A program made the translations under genes and the position numbers. This document shows, piece by piece, positions 38,501 through 50,500 of a DNA stretch of 64,000 nucleotides (position 1 is its first letter; every line of letters starts with the position of its first letter). The DNA is from Ophelia neglecta. Its lineage: Eukaryota. The notes below the pieces were generated by a model, which did not search any database, was not told the DNA's origin, and was given only the letters and a program-made list of their open reading frames with translations. The stretch is taken from positions 96,100,001 through 96,164,000 of the forward strand of contig OZ260664.1 in the NCBI GenBank assembly GCA_965285935.1. Reading direction: 5' to 3'.

Positions 38501-40487
38501 TTCCATCGAGGCTCCATTGTAAACTTTACCTTTTAAATATGATGAATGTAAGCGTTTTTAGGTCATTTATAGCTTCTGATGGAAATATTTGACAGTATCT
38601 TTGCAAAAAGTCATCCGATTTGGAATGCATTTGCATATTTTGCTTCCCGAACTTAAAAACTTGTAAAGATGCTTCCCAAGGCAATCAGTTAATGTAGCCA
38701 ATATCAGCACAGTACTATGTGTCCTACGCAATAAGACTGCCAGTATTTTCGAAAAATGTAGCAGAAGTATGTACTATTGCCTGGAATAGGATCATGTGTT
38801 TAAGGAGATAGCTTAATGTAATTGCCACATGTGTTGGTAAAGTCGACATAACTACCTTGCAATTATGTTTTGAAGCTATTTTTAATCTAAATATTAGTAC
38901 CTGGGTGGAAAGGTCTATTGGATATGGGCTTAACGTCAAGATAAGGCAAGGATTATATCAATTCTTTAATATAGGGAAATTATTTGAGGCGGAGCTCTGC
39001 ACAAAACGGCCAAGCTTGTTTGATACAATTAATTCGAAACATTTGACCTAAATTTGGCTTGAATTTTCTCAACTTTGTTTTTTGTGGAAATCTGAAATAT
39101 ATATGCGGTATGCAAGACGTTACACATTTGTTCAGAAATTTAGCCGTAATATTTATTAAAAAATCCTAAGGGTTTTTCTTTATTCGCCAAACCCTAAATA
39201 TAGTAAAAGGACAACAACTCGTATCACTTTGTCATTTGGTAATGACTATGGGTGGGTATATTTCAAAACTCTTCACGGGATAACCAGTATCATTAAAACA
39301 TGTGACATTGTGTATTGTTAAAGACATTTTTAACAATTAATTATTTTCAACTTAATTCGGCATCCTGGTCAATTCTTTGCTAGTTGCTTTGCCATAGTTT
39401 GGTTAGGGACCCACAATGAATGAATGGACGCTAAATTTACTGCGAAGTTTTAAATATCGTATCGTCATATATGAGATAGGAACATAAAGTGGTGGATTGG
39501 GCGGCGTGAGAAAGGACCTTGGACTGGGTGGTTGGATGGGCGGGGAGCTTGGGGTGGGTTGGTTGATCAGCGGCGTGGGTTGGGAACTTGGGCAGGATTT
39601 CTTGAATGGGCGGCGTGTGATGGGAGTTTGTAGTGCTTTGGTAGAATGAGCGGCGTGAGATAGGAACCTGTAGTGAGTCGGTTGAATGGGCGGTGGGGGA
39701 TCGGAGCTCGGAAGTGATAAGAGCTTGGGGTGGAGTGAAAGTATGAAGGGCGTTGGAAGGAAGAAAGTTTTTTATGGGCTGCCTGGGATTGGGAGTGGGG
39801 GTTCTCTGTTACGGATCTCCGATTTCCTGTGGGCACAAACAGAAAATATTCCTCAATCAGAATCATTTGAAGTGGATAGAATATTATTTATGGGAGCCCC
39901 TGAAGGATTATAGGGAAGGATTAAGACAAATCTAAATAAATATGTAAAAATACAACAGGCTAGAGATAAAATGTGTTGCTTTGTTTTGTAACACTTAACA
40001 ATGTACGTAGTATTTTCCAAAAAATAACAATATTTCGCTATATACAATTGATCATCTTTCTCGACACTCAAAACCAGTAATCTAATTATGAAACGCTTCA
40101 CATAAGTTGGCATTATTTATATTAATTATTCTGCTAAGTTATGCATTTATTCTCTAACTACGCCAACAAATTTATCACAGTGACGGCACGATATAAACAT
40201 GTGTGAACAATAGCGGAAAGCAAAAACTACTTAATGAACCCTAAGACGAACATTTATTATGCCTAAATTTACAATATGGAAACCTAGCTATATAGTCTAC
40301 GGTGTTAGGATTTATACCCATGGCGATAATTATAGTCGCAATTCTGGATGTTTGCTCCTTGAATGTATTTTAATTATAACAGACCCTGTTTTAACAAATA
40401 TCGTATCCACTTACTTGACCGACCGCTTACACTCAAAGCAAACACTGTACAACTGACCAGGATACATAAATATCCAATGAAACCCAT
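26515..40487 (-). CDS. Receptor-type protein tyrosine phosphatase (signal peptide, EGF-like repeats, FN3, TM, tandem D1-D2 PTP domains), 22 exons, ~1069 aa
   Basis: Exons (minus): 40487-40415 (signal peptide; least certain), 36374-36051 and 35550-35173 (Cys-rich GCRPGHWGP repeats), 35053-34679 (FN3), 34524-34422 (TM), 34267-34182, 34082-33880, 33331-33244 (KNRYKNI), 33123-33047 (YVNANFI), 32946-32907 (YVATQG), 32712-32615, 32443-32315 (KCEQYWP), 31924-31779 (WPD..VHCS), 30834-30699 (AGIGCTG..MVQT), 29722-29573, 29276-29177, 29046-28973, 28841-28707, 28590-28456, 28331-28183, 26953-26818, 26589-26515 (..YIYENLN*). All introns GT-AG; 3210 nt in frame. Confidence 0.9.
29781..30538. mobile_element. 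Candidate Helentron/HINE-like non-autonomous element in a PTP intron
   Basis: Short subterminal inverted repeat cgtagct (~29788) / agctacg (~30470), followed by an imperfect 3' hairpin tgagt..cgcttcgg..actca (~30506-30536); internal GC-rich hairpin at 30029-30077. Confidence 0.4.
35551..36560 (-). repeat. Tandem intron+exon duplication of the EGF-repeat module in the PTP gene
   Basis: Intron sequence 35587-35735 (aaacaaatcgcatatgtagtctgagaataat...gccgaaaaatataac) is repeated at 36407-36552, and both exons contain GCRPGHWGP and CTKGCQ. Confidence 0.85.
37070..37270. repeat. C/T-rich low-complexity tandem repeat next to a long poly-G tract (36976-36998)
   Basis: Recurring ctagttcacacc.tc and ccccact units. 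Confidence 0.6.
39475..39805. repeat. G-rich ~40-bp minisatellite in PTP intron 1
   Basis: Units gaatgggcggcgtgaga.aggaac.tg..gt recur about 6-7 times. Confidence 0.75.
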
Positions 40488-42480
40488 CGCTTTGTTCGCC
40501 ACCACAATAACATGCGGTGTATTTCATGTGATGTTCGGCTCTATAATAAAGCTCACTATCTAAAGCACAGACAAATAGTTCCTGGTATAAATTCCACAGT
40601 CATTGAGAAGTATTTGTGTTGGACAATTCGGCTATTCCAGTTTACGCATGACGCGTCTATAGATGAGACAATTTACATCCGGGAGGCAGCCAAAATGAAA
40701 GCACCCAACCGGCAAAAAGGCTTGCCCCTGAAATTTGCTATAAATAACCTACGTACCAGGATCATTAGAGAACAAAACTCCTTAGGCATCAAAGGTGTCT
40801 AAACTGTATCATGGTGGTATTTATAACACTTTAAACATAATATTAATTTGTGTTCGGCAGGTTCAGTGTTATTATTAAAAGATAGAAATAAGCCTATACA
40901 ACCCTATCACTAGGGCAGGACTTATTTGATTATGAAAAAGTACTAGTTAGAATATGCCTCCATTTATTATAGATCAAAATAAATATCCTCGATCCCCAAT
41001 AGAGCTCGTCTCGTTAATATAATGTAAATATATAAATTATCTGGTAAAGAATGCATGAACGAGTTCTAAATATTGTGACGTATATCGTTAGTCTAAGGGG
41101 TGACTATCATATTTGTTTTTCAAAGCTTTCCTTAAAAATGTCTGAAAAAAGTGAGGTGCTGTCCGATAATGAATGCAAAATACCTGCCAAAGCCTTCAAT
41201 TTATTACTTAATAAATTAATCTAATTTCATATAGGCGAGGGACAAATGGTCAAAAATGACCCAATTTAAAGAGCTTTGTCCAAGGTCACCACATGAATGA
41301 AGTCGATACACTATTTCGAAGGTATTGACCTGAATTTTCAGAATCGGAATTTTTTGTTTTTGGGCCAGACCAAGGGGTTACTCAAATTTTGTTAAAAACA
41401 AAAGCCGTTGTTTGCCGTTGTTAGTGCAGAAATTTCAATAATACGACTTTTCTATCGTGATTAAATTTGGAAATATAATGTCTGCGTTTCCCTTACCATT
41501 GCAACCCGATCAATTCCAAATTGATCAATTTGTTGGGTACACACTACCGCATTTTAAAAAGTTGTTCATTACTCATATTTATAATGTAGGGATTCTCTAG
41601 CTGGTATTCGGTAAAACTTAGCATAATTTATCAGTGAACGCTTACCGTGGTAAAGGGCACCTTAGAACATTGGGAAATAAGTGGATTTATGAAGCCGAGG
41701 TCATTAGATATCCAACGGTAACAAACAACTCAATGTCATTCGCACAAAGGCCAGAAAACTATCTTTCCAGGACTCCTACAGATGTCGGGTTGTGTTCTCT
41801 TTCAATTAGCTAGACTTTTTCCATTATTTTAACCATAATCACCGAATTCGGGGAGTCACACATTTTCCACCGTCTGCTTAGGTATCCATTCTATGGCTAT
41901 TGTGGCTAAAAATGAGCTTAAGTGATAGCATAATCCGATAACTGAAAAGTCTGTCACAATTTGGAAATAAATTAAAGTAGGTTTTACTCAGCCTATTTGT
42001 CCCTTTGAACATCACTAGCGTTCATTGCGTGACTACGATTAATTTGCACCAACTCCCGCGAGATCTGCTGAGACTGACTTCAATACGCTGCACTGTACGG
42101 CCTCGAGAATGGCTATAGGATTTTGCTATGAAAATCCAAAATCATAGCAAAATCCGGTATGGATCCGGTATAAGCCTGACTTAACTCATACCATCGCCAG
42201 TCCTTAACCTTTAAACTTTTAAGATTTACTTATTTCTCACTTTTTCAACTTATTTGTCCAAATTAAATGAAATAATTAGGGTTTTTAACTCATGCAGCAT
42301 AAAATACAGAAAAAACACACGCTAAGACAATCGGGCTGTGTCAGGGCAGCAGGAAGCAAAAATGGCTGACCAACGCTAACCTAGACGCATAAAAAGAGGG
42401 ATGCTGTGATTATAAACTCTCAGAAATGCCAAGTCTGTGTCACAACTAAGAGATATTGAAAGTACTCACCAAAACATCAA

Positions 42481-43225
42481 GGGCCTGTTGCAGGAAGCTA
42501 GATTAAGCAGTTAGCCAGCTAACTTTCAGGATTATAATTGAAAACCTGGCTTATTGGGTTGCATGAAGCTAGATTATAATAAGCCAAGTTTAATTTTAAG
42601 CTGTAACTATGGTAACTAAGTCAGGATCTTGAACCACCTCTTTAGCAGGTTAAGTTGCTAGATTAAGCGTAGTTATGTCAGCAAAAATGGCCGCTCCGGT
42701 GGAAGTAGATATGCAGGCAGTGATAATCCGCCGTGCCCTGCATAGAGAGATAGGGCGCCCAAACAAATCACAGGAATAGGAAACTAGCATAAATGGAAAA
42801 AGCATACTGCTGAACAGAGTAGAAAGTGGTTACTACGCCGCTGTGCAGAAAACAAAATTGAAAATGATTGCGATCGAAATTTACTATCTTTCCCTGCAAG
42901 CTTGAATAGACTGTGATCAAACTCGCGTACAATCAAAGTCTCAGGTTTTGAAAATCACTAACTGACAACAAACAATGATGAAACACAGCCCAATGGTCAT
43001 AGCTTTTAAGTTTTAAATTCCCTTTCCGCGGCCAGGAGGACGCACCAATATGATTGGACTTGAACTTGACAAGCTGTCAAGGGCAGACGACAAAAGCTGG
43101 AAATTGTAAACCATTGCACATGCGCAATAACATCCTTAGGAGCGAGCCTGCTCGGTTTTATATCCATCAATTCGTATAAACTCGTAAGCCTGGCTTACTG
43201 AGCGTTGTAAGCCAGGCGTTATGTA
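42481..43225 (+). mobile_element. Internally deleted Harbinger transposon retaining the transposase start
   Basis: Terminus GGGCCTGTTGCAGGAAGCT; aagcc(a/t)ggctt subterminal repeats at both ends. ATG at 42687 gives MAAPVEVDMQAVIIRRALHRE, resembling the N-terminus of Harbinger transposases (..IRRALRRER). Right TIR degenerate. Confidence 0.65.
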
Positions 43226-44556
43226 TCATACTCATATATATTGAAAAAATTCACCACAAAGTTACTTTAAATGAACTAATGGTGGAAAAACCTATTGTTA
43301 CTTGTTAGGTTAAGTCGAACTATTTGAGAGGTGTGCGTGATCATTTTAACTTATTGTACAATCTATCTCCGATTTCTCCGAATTTTCAGACGTAAAGTAG
43401 TATTTATCATATATCTGTTGAAAACAACACAAACCAGAAAATGTTGAATGTTTCAATATAGAAATAAACTTATGTTTATTTTTGCATACTACCTCGTTTG
43501 TACATGCAGTAAATACATTTCAATACACTAGATTTTAAGACCAAATTGATTATTCATGGTGACTTGTGAATGAAAAATAAAACATTAAAATTTCAAATCA
43601 ACGACTTTTATTTCCAATCCACCTAAATCCCCTCAAAACAACACTGATTATAATAGCTAAATTTACACGTGCCTAAATATTTCTCCTACGAATGACACTT
43701 TTTGAATATAGAATTTAACATTGTTCGCTATGAAATACAGAAAATTCAGATGTATTAGATTCTCTTCCATTATTTAAGTATGAAAATGCAGCTGGGTGAA
43801 TGGTTCCGCGAAAATATTTATGCCTACGACATATGACTTAACAGAACATATATTATTTATACATAATTTTACGCCAGTAAGGATGTATATTATATACATA
43901 TACATATAGATATCATTTATTCGCGCTTCCATTTCCGGAGGATACATGTGTACACAATACTTCTTCAAGCTTTTACGTAGGTTTTAATACTACTCAATTC
44001 TTTCACAGGGCGTTTGTACTGTAAATGCCATACGCCTCTGCTTACAGTGCTACTACCAATATCCATCTTTTGTCAGTAGTTCTCGTGTAAGCTTGAACGC
44101 CCTGACAGGAACTCCAACTCACTGCTTTATACCCTGTAATAAGAGCCTGCCTTTTGGCGTCAGGGCTAATGTACCGCATATACACATAGTTAAGAACGCG
44201 GCATACACACGATAATTTGTGACAGCGTGTACGTTAGAAATTATATATTTCGACCGTTTCATTCGAACGTATGCTGGAAGACTCCGTGGTTTTGCTGCTC
44301 GCCTTCTTTTTTTCCGGCGCTGACTCGAACTAGATAGTTTCAAAAAGAAAATGTGTGTTGTTCAGCAGTAAAAACAATATATTCAGCTAGCTCTAGCGGG
44401 TATCTGTAGTCAACGCTGAACGGTGAACAGCGCAGCGGCGAATACGGGGACCCGTTCTAGTTCGTCTGCGGTAGAAACGTTTTCACCGTTGATCTTAACT
44501 TCTATTGGGAACTTCTCAAGCAACAGTCACACGCTGAGGCAGATTTCAGAACCTAT

Positions 44557-47500
44557 CTATGGTGTATCTTTTTCGGGCATGTTCAGATACATGTTCCAGT
44601 AAATTCCGTTAAAAGCCATAAAGGCCAACGGAAAAACGACACGACTGATGTTGTCCAGCATTTGAGCCGCCTGTCTTCCCGATAACGGCTTACTGTAACA
44701 GCTTTTACTTCTACGTTTTGAATTTCTAAAAGGCCCATCCTGGATTAAAACATGGTCCTGGAAATGAACAGAGAAACATAAGTAAATGTGATGGAAATCG
44801 TGGACCTATTATGCAAAACGCAATAGCTCATAAACTCATTTGTTCAAACTAAACATGATATGGCACTATCTGTGGTAAATTATCTTCTTATCTTATGAAT
44901 TGGAAATCGAGCAAGCCACAATTTAGAGATACTCTTAATGTATTATGCAACATATATGGCATCAGAAGACAAACATATCATTAACATATGAACAAACGCT
45001 ACGTTAGCAAGGAAAACATGTTAATAGAACCTATATTATGTTAATATTATCCTCCGCGTGCATATACTTAAAGTTTGTGTACCGAAAATCGCACCTTTTC
45101 ATCTTTATCTTCGTCGTTTTCAGGCTGCTTTTTGCGCTTAATTCTAACTTTTCGAAGAAGGGCATTAACGAAGGCATATTCTATGAGGGCGGTGAAGACA
45201 AAGAACATGCAGGCCGCCATCCACACATCTATCGCCTTGGGGTAGGACACCTTGGGTATCTGAGCTGTAGATCCTGATAGCTGGGTAGTCATTGTCAGCA
45301 CAGTGGTCACTCCTTTAACAACAGTAAAAACAACAATAAACAATTACACACATAAATATCAACAATTTTAATAACACTTTTAAGTGTCAATTCTTACTGG
45401 CGACCTCAAGGGCCTATGCTTTCCATGGCAGTATAAATAATAATCGGTTACAAATTGAAGATATCATATACACTGGGTAGACGCCTCCTTCACAATACTA
45501 CACGTATGAACATGCGTGCTTGTAATCTCTTTCTTCAATGTAATTTATCGAACATTCGGTTTTGCTAAATTATATTTAAAATATATAGGGGAATATAATT
45601 ATATTGTAAAGTTAAAAATCAACCTAGTGTTATGCGCGCTGGTACAGCGTCCTTGTGGAGCCAGAACGAGACCCAGGACAGGACGACAATCAACACTGAA
45701 GGCAGGAACGTCTGCAGTATGAAATAACCGTATTCTCGGTCCAATACAAACGTGACCTCCAAACAGTCGTATTTGCCTGTAACATAGGTAGTTTACTTTA
45801 CATTTTGAGTAAACAGTAACAAAAGGAAAGAAACTCAGGTTGATTATATTTTTTGTATGAGTAGACTATAGGAGATATTTTGTGACATAAACAACGTCAG
45901 CTATAAATGTCCAGTTAGGCTCCTATATTAAAGGTATTCAGGGGAAAAGCGTGTCGGTTGTGCTAGTTCATTGAGCGGTGGTACAGTGACCACTCGGTTG
46001 TATCAGCAGGGTACTGATAATTTGTTGATGGGGGAACACAGTGCGGGCATGTGCCACTTTCTGCTTGGTTCGAGTAAACATATCATATATACGTGACAAC
46101 GCAAAGGCCGCACCAACAAAACCAACATAGTATCACTACTATGCTTTAATAAATATTAAAAAACATGCTATTTCAAATGAGTATCAAAAAATACTTGACT
46201 TCAAAGTGACAAAGTGATTTCACATAGCGCATTAATTGATGTTATTAATTCAATTTCGATAATGTTATCAACATTTTTACAATTCACAGATCTTTGATAT
46301 TTCCAACTGAAGAATGCGCCATGACTACTTGACTTACTCAGAAAAAGAACAATGGGTGTGAACAGTTTTTGTCTAAAGGGACATTGCTTAAAAGACGCAA
46401 ACTTGTTTTTAAAAGGATTTACTCTAATAGAAGACTAACTTTTTCATGTTCATGTCTTGAAAACAATGAACGTTTGTGCCAAACTTGGGGATGCCTCTTG
46501 TATTGAGATACTACATTTAAAGCATAAAAATCCAAAAAATAAGCAAGGGCCCTACTTTTTGGTATTACTAAGGGTGCGTCCTTTATAAGATAAGTGTTTT
46601 ATATTAGTTCATTTACGGTATCCTATATGCTTAATCGTACTGGGCGTTAGTGCTCACTTGTTTTATTAGGGCCTGTTTTGTATTCTCGTTGACATTTAGA
46701 CTGCTGTACTTGAACGAGTTTGAATTCAGGAAGCTCCATGTCTTCGTCTACTTTCACTGAGTCGTCATCCGCCCAATCAAGGGTCAACTCCGTGTCTTCG
46801 TAGCTATCTGGGATGCGAACAAAATCTTGTAATTCGTCATGAAAAGGTCTCCAACTCAATTTAAATAGTCTACCAACGATATGACCATAATAAACAAACG
46901 ATGCAACGTACAGGAGTTTCTTCGCGAGGGCATATACTGATTTGTTTGTCTATAATGAATTATGGAACTGAACTGAACTGAATCTATTCGACTATGGTTC
47001 ATAGAAAACGTAAGATCTAACTTTATGTTTACAGATGTGTATAGGCATGCATTTAACATGTATATTTAAATATATGGTTATATACGTTGCTTGCCTTTGC
47101 AAAACAAACGTCTTTTCATGCAAGAGAATAGTAGTTAAAGGGTAAATAATATAAATATAATAATAAGTAATAATATCGAAACCTCATAACATTGTAATGT
47201 AGCAATTAAAGAATCAAATTTCAATATGCATGAGTTATCGTCTTAATTTATATACATGTATGCGATTACAAGTACAAAATGAAGATCATACTATCTTAAA
47301 AACTGTTAAACTTATGACTTGACCGACTCAAAGCGATAATGATACCCAGTACAGCACAGTGCGAACATCTACTATGCGGGGTTAGCCCCTGTGCCCGCAC
47401 AGAAGCATCACAGACCCACCCATTTGTTTGGTAAACATTACCATCACGCTCACGCCCTGAACAATAAAGTCTCTTTTTATCACGTTGGCCTAATGTTAGA

Positions 47501-50500
47501 ATGTTCAGAACCTTGGTGTTTTGATAAGAAATATATTCCAGAAGTTCGTCATTTGGGAGATTCCTGAGTGTTTGTTTTGTACGTGTTCTAACCAAGCTGT
47601 GTCTGTGAATAGATATTAGGTAATCGTTGATGTAACACGCAACGACGTGTGATATGTGTAACCGTCACCGTCATTGTGTTGGTAAGATTAATGATACCTG
47701 AATAGGGTAAGGTTTAATGGGGTGTAGGTGTTGGCTCTGCCACTTCTATCCATACGATGAGTACGTACTGCTTCTAAACCTCCAGCAGTGTGATATGTCC
47801 GTCTGCCCCTTAGCTCTATCCAAGCCACCGGACAGTATAACTTATAACTGATTGCGTTACCAGTCAGCCTAAATGACCGCCTGGGTACTTTTCCTATTGG
47901 CGTTGATACATTAAAAGTTTTCCTATCCAGTATAGCCAGGCGGACAGAATTTACTTTTCCTTTCGTACTTCCGGCTGTATCGCTTTTTACTATGGGCGAT
48001 GGGTGGCAAGAGTCTGGCACACTCAAGACTATCCAGCCTGGTACTGCATCCCCCCTCAATATTCAACTTTCATCGCCTGTCATGTTAGGGTGATAACTAC
48101 TATCATGCTGGGTCACAGATAGGCCTGCATCATTTCCATCTTTAACTACGGTTGCATCATTGCTTTCAACTGTACCTGCAATTATAGCTCTGACTTTATC
48201 ACTGGAATCAGGTCCTGTGCCCTATTTATATTATCCAGACGTTGGATTCCAAGACCACGTATGTATCGTGAATACACGGTGTTACTACTTTCCATGTGTA
48301 CTTGTGCGCTATCTCCACCGGGTTGGCGATCTCTCAGGGAATGTTGTGGGGGATCAACCTTAATTTTCTTCTTCCCGCGCAACCACTTGGTTTATCAGAA
48401 GGCCTTTTGCCACGTCTGCCTAGTCCCTTGGCGATTGCGACGAAAGGGCGGTGAAGTTGGTTGTCCCTGCTTCCTCTAGGCTATGGTCGTCTGTTTTTGT
48501 GTCAAAGCCCTGGACTAATTAAAAAATCACCTTGCCGTCGTACTCTAGGGCCGATGGGAACATCAAATTCACTTTATTACTGCTGAGTTCGAGATCGTTG
48601 AATCTCGGTAACATCAACGCTCTTGCCACTCTCTGATAGCTTGCTTAGCATTTGCTCCTTCGCATATAAAATATTTTGCGAACTTGAATCAAGGGCGACA
48701 GAGATGAGTCCTGGTGAATTCGTCTCAATGTCATTTTCACCTCCTCATACAAAGCGTAGTTCGAAAGTTCGTACATCATTATCAGGCACACGGAGTTCAT
48801 TCTTATGAAAGTCACCAGATCAGGACTAAAGCTTTTCGTAGTCAGTAGATAATTAGGTTTTTGGCTTTTCTGAACCTATTAAGTTGCGTCTAAAATTAAT
48901 ATTCCTATGGCTACTAGTATCCGGCTAATCCCTGTGGGTAGTAGATGTGTGTTATTGTCATGATTTTGTCGCTCAATGTTGTTGTGCGTCTCATCTAGTG
49001 TATATGTCACGCCTAATGTAAAGGCAATTAAATGGTCAAAGCACGACCATTATATATCTAACGCTTGGCCGGAACGTTTTAGCCGTCAACATTTTACGAC
49101 TTTGGTTTACCCTAAAATGATGAATATAAATAATCTCCCCTTCTTTACGACGAAGATTGTTAACCTCAAGGGCCACACTAATATGAGTAAATCCGGTATT
49201 CCGTTACAAATAACCTAATTAAAACAATATTTTATAACAATTCAAAAACGTTGGTGCTCCACCAGTTGCAATTTTGGTTGTTGTCACCTGATGCTTTATG
49301 AGCTGAAAATGAGACAGCAGGCTATCATGTCATTACATGGATTGTTTCTGTGTGTCCCTGGAATCGCAAGGGATCCCCTTACCCTCGTGCTGAACCCCGA
49401 CATAAAGATTACAGACCATACATTAAATAAGGCGTTTTGAAGGTACATGACAATCGATATCGTTTTTTATGTATCCATTAACAGGCGCGTTTGATTTATC
49501 AAGAATAAGCATAACATAAGGCTTTCGAAAGTCATCTATTTGAATGGCAAACCTGATAATCATGCACGAAAGAAAACGAAAGCAATTGGCCATCTACGAA
49601 AGGGAAATCTCCTCCATTGAACCTGCGTGTATTTCACAAGGTACAATGTTTGCATGCTATACTATGCAAGTTTTCCATTTCTAGACATTTGCGGGGGTAA
49701 ACAATTTAGGGAATTTGAATTAACCTTTCTATTTCCATGGGGAACGAACGGCACACCAAAATTATGGCAAATATACTTACAGCTTTCCATTTTGAGTAGA
49801 CACCTTTGTCGGTCCATAGGAAAATATTTCAGATACATCGGACATGACGTTTTTAAGGTCACCCTGAAACAATAAAAAAAATGACATCAAATCAAAGTAC
49901 AACACATAGCTTAATAGAGTATAGAGCAAAAAGCGATGCAAAGCACCCACTCCAGTAAGTTCCTAATGAATCGGGACAGATTTAACGAATCTCTCCTGAG
50001 TTCATTTTGGGTATGACATTCTATCACCGCTGGAAGAGTATAGGAACAATTTTACCTACCAGTTACATATATATTGCCTTGCATACATACTCTGGAAATT
50101 GGAAGCATCCAAGTAAGCAAACGGGCATCCACCGTTATGTTTTGTTTAGTAACACGATAAATATTCCTTGGAAGAGGGCTAAGAACCATGTAAATTGTGA
50201 AATAAATCCCTTAAACGAAATGATCCAATTTGCAATCATATCAAAGTAGTTAAAAAGCTATAATGCCTTGACCGTCATTCCCTGCATTTGGGCCCTATCA
50301 GCAATATCAATTAATACTTGTACTCGTTTCCTACTTGATTAACGAAGACCACATGTAAACTAATTATTTAGGTAAGGTGTTGTAGGTAACTGGTAATTAT
50401 ATGGAACTCACACTTAGCGCATTAATACTATCAAGTAAATAAGCTGAAAAGTCCCAAGGGCCAAGTTTAATATTTTACCTCAAGCCATAAGTGACAGTGC

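Noticed and set aside
41231-42015. Inverted agggacaaat / atttgtccct motifs as transposon TIRs
   Set aside because: The match is short and no termini or TSD could be defined.
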